Of a DNA stretch of 64,000 nt, positions 1 through 9,188 are shown one piece after another (the first letter of the stretch is position 1; every line of letters starts with the position of its first letter). Position numbers and translations under genes: made by a program. Where the stretch lies: positions 13,189-77,188 of the forward strand of contig CAVQRP010000009.1 of the NCBI GenBank assembly GCA_963715295.1, written 5' to 3'. The notes under the pieces were generated by a model. That model did no database searches. It was not told the origin of the DNA and worked only from the letters and a program-made list of their open reading frames with translations. Source of the DNA: an uncultured Chloroflexia bacterium. GTDB lineage: Bacteria > Chloroflexota > Limnocylindria > Limnocylindrales > CSP1-4.

Positions 1-2
1 TG

Positions 3-2231
3 GCGCGCGTCCGCTCCGACGGGCCCCTGCTGGGCGACCTGTGGCGACAGCTCGCGAGGCACGTCGCGGACCACTACCTGGCGCCACCCGGCATGGTCGT
101 ACGGGCGATGCTGCCACCCGGCCTGCTGGAACGCATCGAGCTCTTCGCCCTCGGGGTGGGGGTCACGGCCACCCTTGATCCGCTGCTGAGCGCTGTGCTC
201 GCCGGCGGTGAAGCAGGCGTCCGCGTGGACGACCTGCCGCAGGCGGCAAGTCGGGCCACGTCACTGCGGGCGCTGCGTGCGCTGGAGGCCGAGGGCGTGC
301 TGCGACTGGAGTGGCGCGTGCTGCCCTCCACGGCGGGCCCACGGCAGCAGCGGTGGGCCACGCTCACGACCGCGGGGCGGACCGCCGCAGACCTGCTGGC
401 CACTGGCGCCCGACCGCCGGGGCCGCCACTCGGCCCGCGCCAGCGCGATCTGCTGCTGGAGCTGACGGCGCCCGACAACCCGGGCAACGAGGTGGCCGCA
501 CGCCTGGCCGAGCGGCACGGTTCGTCGGCGCTATCCGGGCTCGTGAAACGTGGCCTGCTGGAGCTGGACGTGCGCACACAGGAACGACGACCCCTGGCCG
601 GCCGGGCCGACCCTGCGCGCGGCAGCCTTCCCGCTGGTGCGGCGCTCGACGAGGAGCAGTCGGCCGTGCTGGGGGTCGTGAGCGCGGCCGTGGCCGCGGG
701 TCGCCACGAGACCATCCTGCTCGAGGGCGACACCGCCAGCGGCAAGACGGCCGTCTATGCCGAGGCCATCGCTGCCGCCTTGGCGAACGGCCGGGGAGCG
801 CTCGTGCTGGTCCCCGAGATCGCCCTGGCCACGCCGCTCATCGATCGTCTTGGCCACGACCTGGACATGGACATCGCCATGCTCCACAGCGCCATGAGCG
901 ACGGAGAACGCAGCGATGAGTGGCGACGTATCGCCAGCGGTGAGGCGACCGTCGTCGTTGGCACGCGTCTGGCAGCCCTGTCGCCACCCGATCCATTGGG
1001 CCTCATCGTGGTAGACGAGGAGCATGACGGAGCCTACAAGTCTGACCGGACCCCGCGTTACCAGGCGCGAGATGTCGCGGTCGCGCTGGGCCGGCTGGCG
1101 AACGCGCCGGTGGTCCTGGGATCGGCCACGCCCGACATCGTCACGCTCGGCCGGGCCCGGCTCGGAGAGGCTCGGCATCTGCGCCTGCACGGTCGCCGCT
1201 CCGGTGCTCCGGTGCGAGTCGAGATCGTCGACATGCGCGAGGAGCTGGCCGAGGGCAACCGCGGCCTGCTCTCGGGGACCCTGGCGACGGCGCTGACGGA
1301 GCTCGATCGCGACGCTGGCGACCGCGCCATCCTGCTCATCAATCGTCGCGGCGCGGCCAGCGTCGTGCTCTGCCGTGACTGCGGCTACGTACAGATCTGT
1401 CCGGAATGCCAGCGACCGCTGGTCTTCCACGCGGCGGTCGTTGCCCTGCGTTGCCACCATTGCGGTGCCAGCGCAGCGGTAGCCAAGCGCTGCCCGGCGT
1501 GCCAGTCGGTCCGCATCCGCTACCTTGGGGGCGGCACCGAACGGGTCGAGCAGGAGCTCGACATACGCTTTCCGCAGCTGCGCGTGGCCCGTCTCGACCG
1601 CGATGTCGTGGAGCGAAAGGGTGCGGCTGCGTGCGTGATCGACGATTTCAGCGCCGGTGTCACCGATGTCCTGGTGGGCACCAGCCTGGTGGCCAAGGGC
1701 CTCGACATCCCGGAGGTCACGCTGGTCGGCGTGGTGTCCGCAGACATCGCCCTGAACCTGCCCGACGAGCGTGCCGCCGAACGTACGTGGCAGCTCCTGG
1801 CGCAGGCTGTGGGGCGTGCCGGTCGCGGGACTCGAGCCGGACGTGCCATCGTGCAGACCTACCAGCCGGAGCACCCAGCCATCCAAGCCGTGGCGACGGG
1901 CGATGCCGCCGCTTTCGTCGAGGCTGAGCTCGAGCGACGCCGCCGCTTCGGCTCGCCGCCGTTCGGCCGCCTGATCAAGCTCACGGTCGCCCTGCCCAGG
2001 CGCGAGGCTGCGCTTGAGGCTGCCGACGCGCTGGCAGAGCGCCTTCGCACCCGCTCGACCGAAACGGCCGCCCATGTCGCTGTCCTCGGCCCGGTCCCCG
2101 CCTACATCGCCCGTCGAGGGGGCCGCTGGCGCTTCCAGCTCGTGCTGCGGGGCCCCGATCCAGTTGCAGTCCTGGGCGACGATCCGGGCTCGCCGTGGTC
2201 GGTGGATGTGGATCCTGAGAGCCTGCTCTGA
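3..2231 (+). CDS. priA: Primosomal protein N' (replication restart helicase), 5' end truncated by window edge
   Basis: Walker A GDTASGKT, DEEH box, two Zn-finger Cys clusters, QAVGRAGR motif VI. The frame is open from base 3 (…LWRQLARHVADHYLAPPGMVVRAMLP), so the real start lies upstream of the window. Confidence 0.95.
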   Translation, partial: ARVRSDGPLLGDLWRQLARHVADHYLAPPGMVVRAMLPPGLLERIELFALGVGVTATLDPLLSAVLAGGEAGVRVDDLPQAASRATSLRALRALEAEGVLRLEWRVLPSTAGPRQQRWATLTTAGRTAADLLATGARPPGPPLGPRQRDLLLELTAPDNPGNEVAARLAERHGSSALSGLVKRGLLELDVRTQERRPLAGRADPARGSLPAGAALDEEQSAVLGVVSAAVAAGRHETILLEGDTASGKTAVYAEAIAAALANGRGALVLVPEIALATPLIDRLGHDLDMDIAMLHSAMSDGERSDEWRRIASGEATVVVGTRLAALSPPDPLGLIVVDEEHDGAYKSDRTPRYQARDVAVALGRLANAPVVLGSATPDIVTLGRARLGEARHLRLHGRRSGAPVRVEIVDMREELAEGNRGLLSGTLATALTELDRDAGDRAILLINRRGAASVVLCRDCGYVQICPECQRPLVFHAAVVALRCHHCGASAAVAKRCPACQSVRIRYLGGGTERVEQELDIRFPQLRVARLDRDVVERKGAAACVIDDFSAGVTDVLVGTSLVAKGLDIPEVTLVGVVSADIALNLPDERAAERTWQLLAQAVGRAGRGTRAGRAIVQTYQPEHPAIQAVATGDAAAFVEAELERRRRFGSPPFGRLIKLTVALPRREAALEAADALAERLRTRSTETAAHVAVLGPVPAYIARRGGRWRFQLVLRGPDPVAVLGDDPGSPWSVDVDPESLL

Positions 2232-2242
2232 GGGGCCACGCC

Positions 2243-2248
2243 TATACT
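2243..2248 (+). promoter_or_regulatory. Putative -10 element (TATACT), likely leaderless def transcript
   Basis: TATACT 7 nt upstream of the def ATG (2256), with no Shine-Dalgarno in between. Confidence 0.55.
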
Positions 2249-2255
2249 TGCGGTC

Positions 2256-2771
2256 ATGACCGTCAAGCCCATCCTTACCCTCGGTGACCCCCGGCTGCGT
2301 CTCAAGGGCGAGCCCGTCGACAGCTTCGGTGCCTACCTGCACGAGCTGCTCGACGACCTCACGCACACGATGCGCGACGCCCCTGGCGTTGGCCTGGCGG
2401 CACCCCAGATCGGCGAAGCCCTGCAGGTCTGCGTCATCGAAGTCGAGGGCCAGCTCTACGAGCTGGTCAACCCCGTCATCACGCGCTCGTCGGGCGAGGA
2501 GAACGACCTCGAAGGCTGTCTCAGCGTGCCCGGGTTCGTGGCCTACGTGCGGCGCAAGGAGAAGGTCTGGGTCGAAGCCCAGGACCGCGACGGCAAGCGT
2601 ATCCGCTCCGTCGGCACCGGCCTGTTGGCTCGGGCCATGCAGCATGAGCTGGACCACCTCGACGGCAAGCTCTACATCGACTACCTCGAGTCGTTCGATG
2701 ACCTCATCCCGGTGAGCAGGATCGAAGACGAGGTCGCCGAGTCCGGCGAGGAGATGCCGGCACTGGCCTGA
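2256..2771 (+). CDS. def: Peptide deformylase
   Basis: GVGLAAPQIG, EGCLS and QHELDHLDG motifs; sits between priA and fmt. Confidence 0.97.
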   Translation: MTVKPILTLGDPRLRLKGEPVDSFGAYLHELLDDLTHTMRDAPGVGLAAPQIGEALQVCVIEVEGQLYELVNPVITRSSGEENDLEGCLSVPGFVAYVRRKEKVWVEAQDRDGKRIRSVGTGLLARAMQHELDHLDGKLYIDYLESFDDLIPVSRIEDEVAESGEEMPALA

Positions 2772-2782
2772 TCGCCACCGCG

Positions 2783-3703
2783 ATGGCTGCACCCGTTCGC
2801 ACGCTCTTCTTCGGTAGTGGCCCGCTGGCGACACGGGCCCTCGAGCGCCTGCTCGGCTCCGATCTCGTGACCGTTGGCGCGGTGGTCACGGCACCCCCGC
2901 GTCCGGCCGGCCGCAAACAGCTCCTGACACCGACGCCGGTGGCGAGGCTGGCTCATGAGCGGGGGCTCACGCTCCACACTCCCGCGTCGCTGCGGCCGGA
3001 GGACGTGCTGACCCGGTTGGCTGCGACTGCGCCCGCGCTGATCGTGCTGGCCGACTATGGCCGCATCATCCCGGCGACCCTGCTGGCGCTGCCTCCGCAT
3101 GGCGCCCTGAACATCCATCCCTCGCTATTGCCGCGCCATCGCGGCGCCGCGCCCGTGCAGGGCGCCATCGCGGCCGGTGACGCCACGACCGGAGTGACCC
3201 TGATGCGCATGGACGAGGGCCTCGACACCGGACCCATCGTGGCGCAGGTCGACGTGCCGCTCATGGGCACGGAGGTCGCCCCCGAGCTCGAGGCTCGCCT
3301 GGCGGCCATCGGTGCCGATCTGCTCATCGACTCCCTGCCTGGCTGGCTGGACGGCTCCCTGCGGGCCCGTCCTCAGCCGCGCGCAGGCGCCACGCTGACG
3401 CGCCCCCTGCAGCGTCGGGATGGCCGCCTCGACCCGGAGCAGCCGGCGAGCGAGCTGGAGCGACTCGTGCGCGCCTACCAACCCTGGCCTGGCACGTACG
3501 TCGAGTTCGGCGGCGAACGACTCAAAGTCTGGGCCGCCGGCGTGGAGCCGGCAGCGGCGCCTGGCGCCCCTGGAGCGCTCGTCCGGTGGGGCGACGGCGT
3601 GGCCCTCTCGACGATCGACGGCATGCTGCGGCTTGATGAGGTGCAGCCGCCAGGCAAGCGCCGCATGAGTGGTGCCGACTACGAGCGCGGCCGCCGCCGC
3701 TAG
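2783..3703 (+). CDS. fmt: Methionyl-tRNA formyltransferase
   Basis: LNIHPSLLPRHRGAAP and MDEGLDTGP motifs; follows def. Confidence 0.96.
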   Translation: MAAPVRTLFFGSGPLATRALERLLGSDLVTVGAVVTAPPRPAGRKQLLTPTPVARLAHERGLTLHTPASLRPEDVLTRLAATAPALIVLADYGRIIPATLLALPPHGALNIHPSLLPRHRGAAPVQGAIAAGDATTGVTLMRMDEGLDTGPIVAQVDVPLMGTEVAPELEARLAAIGADLLIDSLPGWLDGSLRARPQPRAGATLTRPLQRRDGRLDPEQPASELERLVRAYQPWPGTYVEFGGERLKVWAAGVEPAAAPGAPGALVRWGDGVALSTIDGMLRLDEVQPPGKRRMSGADYERGRRR

Positions 3704-3773
3704 GTCCACGGCAGCCACTGCGCCCGACCCCGCTCCGGCCACATCCGCGCGTGGGCGCTACCATTCGCCCTCG

Positions 3774-5045
3774 ATGCCCAACCCAGATCCATCCTCCGCA
3801 CCAGCAACTGCCCGCGCGCCAGTCGATGGTGCCGAAGGCACACTGCCGTTGGTGGACCTGCCGCCCACCGGCCCCCAGGATGCCCGGCCCGGGATCTCGG
3901 ACGCGTCGCCGCAGGAGCTGCTCTCGTGGTTCGCGGACCACGGCGAGGCTGCGTTCCGCGCGCGCCAGCTGGCCGACCACGTCTGGTCCGGCCGGGCTCA
4001 GTCGTTCGATGACATCCACACGCTGCCCGGGCCGCTGCGTGCCTCGCTCGAGGCCACGTATCGCTTCTCCACCCTGACCAGGACCGAGCGTCGCAGCGCT
4101 GACGCGGGACTCACGGACAAGGCGCTCCACACCCTCGATGACGGCCGCGTGGTGGAGTCGGTGCTGATGCGCTACCCGGCTCGTGGCTCGCGGCGTGAGC
4201 GGACCACGCTGTGCATCTCCAGCCAGGCTGGCTGCGCGGTCGGCTGTCCCTTCTGCGCCACCGGCGAGCTCGGCCTGTGGCGCGACCTGCGGACCTCGGA
4301 GATCATCGATCAAGCCCGCTACTGGCGCAACGAGCTGGCCACCGAGGGTCGCCGTCTCACCAATGTCGTCTTCATGGGCATGGGCGAGCCGCTGCTCAAT
4401 GCCGATGCCGTGCTGGCTTCGTGCGGCGCCCTCAGCGACGCCAATCGCTTCGGCCTGGGTCAGCGTCACATCACCGTCAGCACCAGCGGCGTCATCCCCG
4501 GCATCGAGCGCATGACCGACCTGCGCCGTCAGTACAAGCTGGCAGTCTCGCTGCACGCGGCACGGCCGGAGCTGCGCGATGTGCTGGTGCCGCTCAACCG
4601 CAAGTATCCGCTGGCGGACGTCGTGGCGGCCGCCACCGCCTACGCGGCCGCCACCGGGCGCCGCATCACGTACGAGATGGTCATGATCGACCGCATCAAC
4701 GACACACCCGCTGACGCGCAGGCTGCTGCCGAGCTATTGCGTGGCCGGCTCGCCCACGTGAACCTCATCCCCATGAACCCGGTCGCCCACACACCCTGGC
4801 AGCCATCATCACCCGAGCGTGTGGAGGCCTTTGCCTCCGTGCTCCGTGGTGTGGGCCTCCATACCACGGTGCGGCGCAACCGCGGCCTCGACATCGGCGC
4901 CGCCTGTGGCCAGTTGGCCGCGGAACGGGCAGGGGAGCCGGCACCGGCCGCGGTCCAGCGGCGGCGTGACGCCATCGAACGTCGCAGTGCGGCCGCGCTG
5001 CTGGGTGCTCCCGACGGCTTGGCACGAACGGGCAGTGGCGCATGA
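3774..5045 (+). CDS. rlmN: 23S rRNA/tRNA m2A methyltransferase RlmN (radical SAM)
   Basis: [18 protein letters not shown] (CxxxCxxC), [15 protein letters not shown]. Start placed at ATG 3774, downstream of TACCAT (3759-3764). Confidence 0.94.
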   Translation: MPNPDPSSAPATARAPVDGAEGTLPLVDLPPTGPQDARPGISDASPQELLSWFADHGEAAFRARQLADHVWSGRAQSFDDIHTLPGPLRASLEATYRFSTLTRTERRSADAGLTDKALHTLDDGRVVESVLMRYPARGSRRERTTLCISSQAGCAVGCPFCATGELGLWRDLRTSEIIDQARYWRNELATEGRRLTNVVFMGMGEPLLNADAVLASCGALSDANRFGLGQRHITVSTSGVIPGIERMTDLRRQYKLAVSLHAARPELRDVLVPLNRKYPLADVVAAATAYAAATGRRITYEMVMIDRINDTPADAQAAAELLRGRLAHVNLIPMNPVAHTPWQPSSPERVEAFASVLRGVGLHTTVRRNRGLDIGAACGQLAAERAGEPAPAAVQRRRDAIERRSAAALLGAPDGLARTGSGA

Positions 5046-5755
5046 CCGACGAGCATGCGGTGCTGGTTTCGGCCAGCATCCTCAACGCCGACTTCAGCCG
5101 TCTCGACCGCGTCGTCCACAAGATGGAGCGTGCGGGCGTGGATCGGCTCCACCTCGACGTCATGGATGGCCACTTCGTCGACAACATCACCTTCGGGCCG
5201 GACCTCGTCGCCGCCTTCCGCCGCCTGACGGACATGCCCCTCGATGTGCACCTGATGATCTCCGAGCCGGCCCGCTACATGGACCGCTTCATCGCGGCCG
5301 GTCCGCAGACGATCACGTTCCACGTGGAGACGGAGGAGAGCGCGGAGCGCAAAGGTGCCGCCATCGAGGCCATCCATGCGGCGGGGCAGGGGGCGGGCTT
5401 GGCGGTCAGCCCCGACACTCCTGTCGGCGCGGTCTCGCCCTGGCTCGACCAGCTCGACATCATCATGATCATGAGCGTGTATCCGGGCTGGGGCGGCCAG
5501 GGCTTCATCCCCGAGACGGCACCCAAGATCACCCAAGCGCGCACGCGGCTGGCCGCCGCCGGCCGCGGTGGCCTGGTGCATGTCGACGGAGGCGTCAACA
5601 GCAAGACCGCCGAGATCGTGGGTCGCCACGGGATCGATGTGTGCATCGTCGGTTCGGCGCTCTTCCAGCGCGGTCAGGATGCATCCGCCGAGGTCGAGCT
5701 GGTCAAGGAGCTGGCCGGCTGCGGCCGCGAGGCCTTCGCCGCCGGTCTCGGCTGA
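5042..5755 (+). CDS. rpe: Ribulose-phosphate 3-epimerase
   Basis: [32 protein letters not shown]. Confidence 0.96.
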   Translation: MTDEHAVLVSASILNADFSRLDRVVHKMERAGVDRLHLDVMDGHFVDNITFGPDLVAAFRRLTDMPLDVHLMISEPARYMDRFIAAGPQTITFHVETEESAERKGAAIEAIHAAGQGAGLAVSPDTPVGAVSPWLDQLDIIMIMSVYPGWGGQGFIPETAPKITQARTRLAAAGRGGLVHVDGGVNSKTAEIVGRHGIDVCIVGSALFQRGQDASAEVELVKELAGCGREAFAAGLG

Positions 5756-5757
5756 TC

Positions 5758-6201
5758 ATGCGAGTCCTGCTCCAGCGCGTCAGGCATGCCAGCGTCAGCG
5801 TGGCCGGCGAGGTTCGCGGCTCCATCGGACCGGGGATCATGGCGCTCGTGGGCGTGGGCCCGGACGACTCCGCCGACGTTGCCCGCAGCCTCGCCACCAA
5901 GTCGGTGGACCTGCGCATCTTCCGGGATGCCGAAGGCCGCACCAATCGCTCGCTCGCCGATGTCGGGGGCGCCATGTTGGTGGTCAGCCAGTTCACGCTC
6001 TACGGTGACACGCGCAAGGGCCGCCGGCCCTCGTTCATCTACGCCGCCAAGCCCGAGCTGGCGGCCGAGCTGGTCGAGGTATTCGCCGCCACTGTCGAGG
6101 CACGCGGCGTCGAGGTGGGCCGCGGCGAGTTCGGCGCGGAGATGGAGGTCGAGCTCGTCAACGACGGGCCCATGACCATCTGGCTCGACAGCGACATCTG
6201 A
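5758..6201 (+). CDS. dtd: D-aminoacyl-tRNA deacylase
   Basis: MRVLLQRV start, SQFTL, KGRRPSF, NDGP. The true start is ATG 5758 inside the long track ORF 4819..6201. Confidence 0.96.
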   Translation: MRVLLQRVRHASVSVAGEVRGSIGPGIMALVGVGPDDSADVARSLATKSVDLRIFRDAEGRTNRSLADVGGAMLVVSQFTLYGDTRKGRRPSFIYAAKPELAAELVEVFAATVEARGVEVGRGEFGAEMEVELVNDGPMTIWLDSDI

Positions 6202-6203
6202 TC

Positions 6204-7070
6204 GTGGCCGGCGTTCCACTCCGAACCCGGGTCTCCAATCGAGTCGAACGACTGCGACAGAGGCGCTGGCGCATGGCCGGTTACGACTCGAGCGAGGCTC
6301 ACCTGGTGATGGGTGGTGCACCGCGCAGCGGCACGACCGTGCTGCGCAAGCTTTTCGACCGCCACCCCGAGATCTGCTGCGGCGCCGAGACCAAGATCTT
6401 CGTCCCGGCCGCCTTCAACCTGCCCTGGCTGGCCAAGTCCTATGGCATCCCACTGGCGGACCTCGAGTCGATGCGGTCAGCCGCGCCCTCGCAGGCGGCC
6501 TTCATCGATGCCTTCGCGTCGCGCGTTCGCGCGGACGCGGGCAAGGTACGCTGGGCTGAGAAGACACCCCAGAACATCCGCAACCTGGACTGGATCGTGG
6601 CGCGGTTCCCGCGGGCCTCCATCGTCCACATCATCCGCGACGGCCGTGACGTGGTGTGCTCGATGCGTGGGCATCCGGATTGGCGTTGGGTCGACGGCGC
6701 CTGGCAGAAGGTGCTGGTGCCGCGCTCGGTCGAGTGGTACGCCCGGCGCTGGCTGGCCGACACCGCCGCCGGCATGGCCCGGCGCGACGATCCGCGCTAC
6801 GTGGAGATCCGCTACGAGGACCTCGTCGCCGATCCGTCGGCCATCCTGCGCCAGATCTGTGACGGCATCGGCGCCGGCGCCGATGCGGCCTGGCTGGAAC
6901 AGGTGGGTCGACGCGCGGACGAAGCCGGACGTACAGGACGCCCCGACTACGAGGGTGCCGTGAGCGACGCCTCCGTGGGGCGCTGGCGGGAGGATCTCAC
7001 TGCGGCCGAGCGGCAGGAGGTCGAGCGGCTTTGCGGGCCGCGGTTGCGAGAGCTGGGCTACGAAGACTGA
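6204..7070 (+). CDS. Sulfotransferase family protein (PAPS-dependent)
   Basis: 5'-PSB loop GAPRSGTT, EKTP, HIIRDGRDVVCS (3'-PB), RYEDLV, SVGRW. Start may be GTG 6204 or ATG 6273. Confidence 0.88.
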   Translation: MAGVPLRTRVSNRVERLRQRRWRMAGYDSSEAHLVMGGAPRSGTTVLRKLFDRHPEICCGAETKIFVPAAFNLPWLAKSYGIPLADLESMRSAAPSQAAFIDAFASRVRADAGKVRWAEKTPQNIRNLDWIVARFPRASIVHIIRDGRDVVCSMRGHPDWRWVDGAWQKVLVPRSVEWYARRWLADTAAGMARRDDPRYVEIRYEDLVADPSAILRQICDGIGAGADAAWLEQVGRRADEAGRTGRPDYEGAVSDASVGRWREDLTAAERQEVERLCGPRLRELGYED

Positions 7071-7080
7071 GTGGTCGAGC

Positions 7081-7278
7081 CTAGGAGGCTGACTTCATCA
7101 GGGTGCGGCGGCAGCGCGTGCAGATGATCGTACGCGTCACCTGGCCGCCTGTGTAGACCTTCAGCTGCTGCAGGTTGACGTTGTAGCGGCGACGCGCACG
7201 GACGCGGTTCATCCCCGACGACTGGGGGTTGTAACCGCCCATGGAAGTCTTGCCGCACTTCGCGCAGGAGCGAGCCAT
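7081..7278 (-). CDS. rpmB: 50S ribosomal protein L28 (Zn-ribbon type)
   Basis: 65 aa, MARSCAKCGK…RRRYNVNLQ…ICTRCRRT; GAGG RBS; divergent from the DAK2 gene, the usual arrangement. Confidence 0.9.
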   Translation of the reverse strand: MARSCAKCGKTSMGGYNPQSSGMNRVRARRRYNVNLQQLKVYTGGQVTRTIICTRCRRTLMKSAS

Positions 7279-7338
7279 GATCATCCTCAGGAGTAGCTGG
7301 ACAGGAGGTGGGTCGCGAATACGACCGCACGGCCGCGT

Positions 7339-7347
7339 ACTATACCA
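7339..7347 (-). promoter_or_regulatory. Putative extended -10 (TGgTATAGT) for rpmB
   Basis: The minus strand reads TGGTATAGT about 60 nt upstream of the rpmB start. Confidence 0.5.
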
Positions 7348-7433
7348 TCGGGCCGCGACAAGAGAGGACCGTGCGTGATCGAGCATAGCCAAACATCCTC
7401 GTTGCCTGGTCCCGGCACGGTTCGTCGCGTCCG

Positions 7434-9185
7434 ATGACGCGACTCTACGTGGATGGGCCGACGCTCATCCGTGCCGTGGCGGCCGCCACCCTCAACCTCG
7501 AGCGGCATGTGGATGAGGTCAATTCGCTGAACGTGTTTCCGGTGCCGGACGGAGACACCGGCTCCAACATGCTGGCCACGATGCGCGCGGCGCTGGCCGC
7601 AGCGGAGGCCTTGCCGGAGGATCGCCGCGATCTCAATTCGGTCGCCGATGCCCTCAGTCGCGGCGCCCTCACCGGTGCCCGTGGCAACAGCGGTGTCATC
7701 CTTTCCCAGATCATCCGCGGGATGACGCATGGCGCCGACGGACGGCGCCGCGCCAGCGGGCTGGACCTGGCGCAAGGCCTGCGCAAGGGTTCAGAAGTGG
7801 CCTACGAGTCCGTCTTGACGCCGGTGGAGGGCACCATCCTGACCGTCATCCGCGACGCCGCCGAAGCAGCCGAGACGGCGGCCGGACGGCAGCCCCACGT
7901 GGAGGCGGTGCTGGCCGACGTCATCGAGGCAGCCGCCAGCTCGGTGCAGCGGACGCCGACCCTGTTGCCGGTGCTCTCGGACGCCGGTGTCGTCGATTCG
8001 GGTGGCCAGGGCCTGTACCGCGTGCTCGAAGGCATGCTGCAGGTGGATGGCGATGTCCACCTTGCCCGGGTGCGCCGGCATGCTCGTGTCGCAGCCACGC
8101 TCAGCCGCGGGCTCCCGGCCGTGCCGAGCGCAGCGGGATCGCCTGTCGCAACGGACGGCGCCCCTGCCGCCGCGGCGCCGCTCCCTGCCACCGACCACGG
8201 GTACGAGACGCAATACCTGGTGGCGTCTCCCGACGGGGCCATCGACGTGGCTGCTCTGCGCGCCTCCATCCTCGACGTCGGGGACTCCGTGGTCGTGGCC
8301 GGCGACGCCTTCCTGGCACGGGTCCATGTCCACGGCGAGCGACCCGATCTCGCTCTCGCGGCCGGGCTGCGCTGGGGTCGCCTGAGCGGCGTCGAGGTCA
8401 TCGACCTTGACGATCAGGTCAGCCACCACACGGGCGCCTCGGCGGAGCCCGAAGCGGACCCGCCGAACGGGCCGACCGCGGTCGTGGCCGCCTCCGACCT
8501 CGGGACTGTGCGGCGGCCACCGACCGAAGCTCCGGCCAGCGCCCTGGTGGCGGTGACACAGGCGGCGGGTCTGGCCCGCGTGCTCGAGTCCATGGGAGCC
8601 CGCATCGTCACGCCCGGGCACGGAACGCGTCCCTCGGTGGGCGAGATCGCCGAGGCCATCCTGGCGGTCGGCGCGCGTTCGGTGATCGTGCTGCCCAACG
8701 ACCGTGACGCCGTGCTGGCCGCCCGCCAGGCCGCCCTGCTGACGCCCCTGGTCGAGGTGGCGGTCATCCCCACGCGCAATGCGGCCGAGGGTATCGCTGC
8801 GGCGGTCGTCTACGACGTGGGTGCCCCGTTGACGGTCAACGTCGAGCGCATGACCACCGAGTCAGCCGGGTTGCGTTCGTTCTCGGTCATCACCGCGGCC
8901 AGGGATTCGGTGGTCGATGGCACACGGGTCCAGCGTGGGCAGATCATCGCTCTCGACGCCGCCCGGCATCTCCTGGCCGCGGGTAGCGACGTGGAGGTCG
9001 TGGCCCTGCAGGCGCTGGCCCGGTACCAGGACTTCGAGCTGGTCACGATCTACTGTGGCAACAGCGCCGGGCCCGGCCGAAGCCAGGCATTGTGCAAGCG
9101 TATCGAGCAGGCCGGCTGGGCCGTCGAGGTCGAGGCCGTGGAGGGCGGCCAGCCACACGATCACCTTCTCGTCGCGGTCGAGTAG
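7434..9185 (+). CDS. DAK2-domain protein (fatty acid kinase FakA/YloV family)
   Basis: LNVFPVPDGDTGSNM, GARGNSGVILSQ, EGTILTV, VVDSGGQG, C-terminal GGQP; rpmB-DAK2-recG synteny. Confidence 0.92.
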   Translation: MTRLYVDGPTLIRAVAAATLNLERHVDEVNSLNVFPVPDGDTGSNMLATMRAALAAAEALPEDRRDLNSVADALSRGALTGARGNSGVILSQIIRGMTHGADGRRRASGLDLAQGLRKGSEVAYESVLTPVEGTILTVIRDAAEAAETAAGRQPHVEAVLADVIEAAASSVQRTPTLLPVLSDAGVVDSGGQGLYRVLEGMLQVDGDVHLARVRRHARVAATLSRGLPAVPSAAGSPVATDGAPAAAAPLPATDHGYETQYLVASPDGAIDVAALRASILDVGDSVVVAGDAFLARVHVHGERPDLALAAGLRWGRLSGVEVIDLDDQVSHHTGASAEPEADPPNGPTAVVAASDLGTVRRPPTEAPASALVAVTQAAGLARVLESMGARIVTPGHGTRPSVGEIAEAILAVGARSVIVLPNDRDAVLAARQAALLTPLVEVAVIPTRNAAEGIAAAVVYDVGAPLTVNVERMTTESAGLRSFSVITAARDSVVDGTRVQRGQIIALDAARHLLAAGSDVEVVALQALARYQDFELVTIYCGNSAGPGRSQALCKRIEQAGWAVEVEAVEGGQPHDHLLVAVE

Positions 9186-9188
9186 CGG

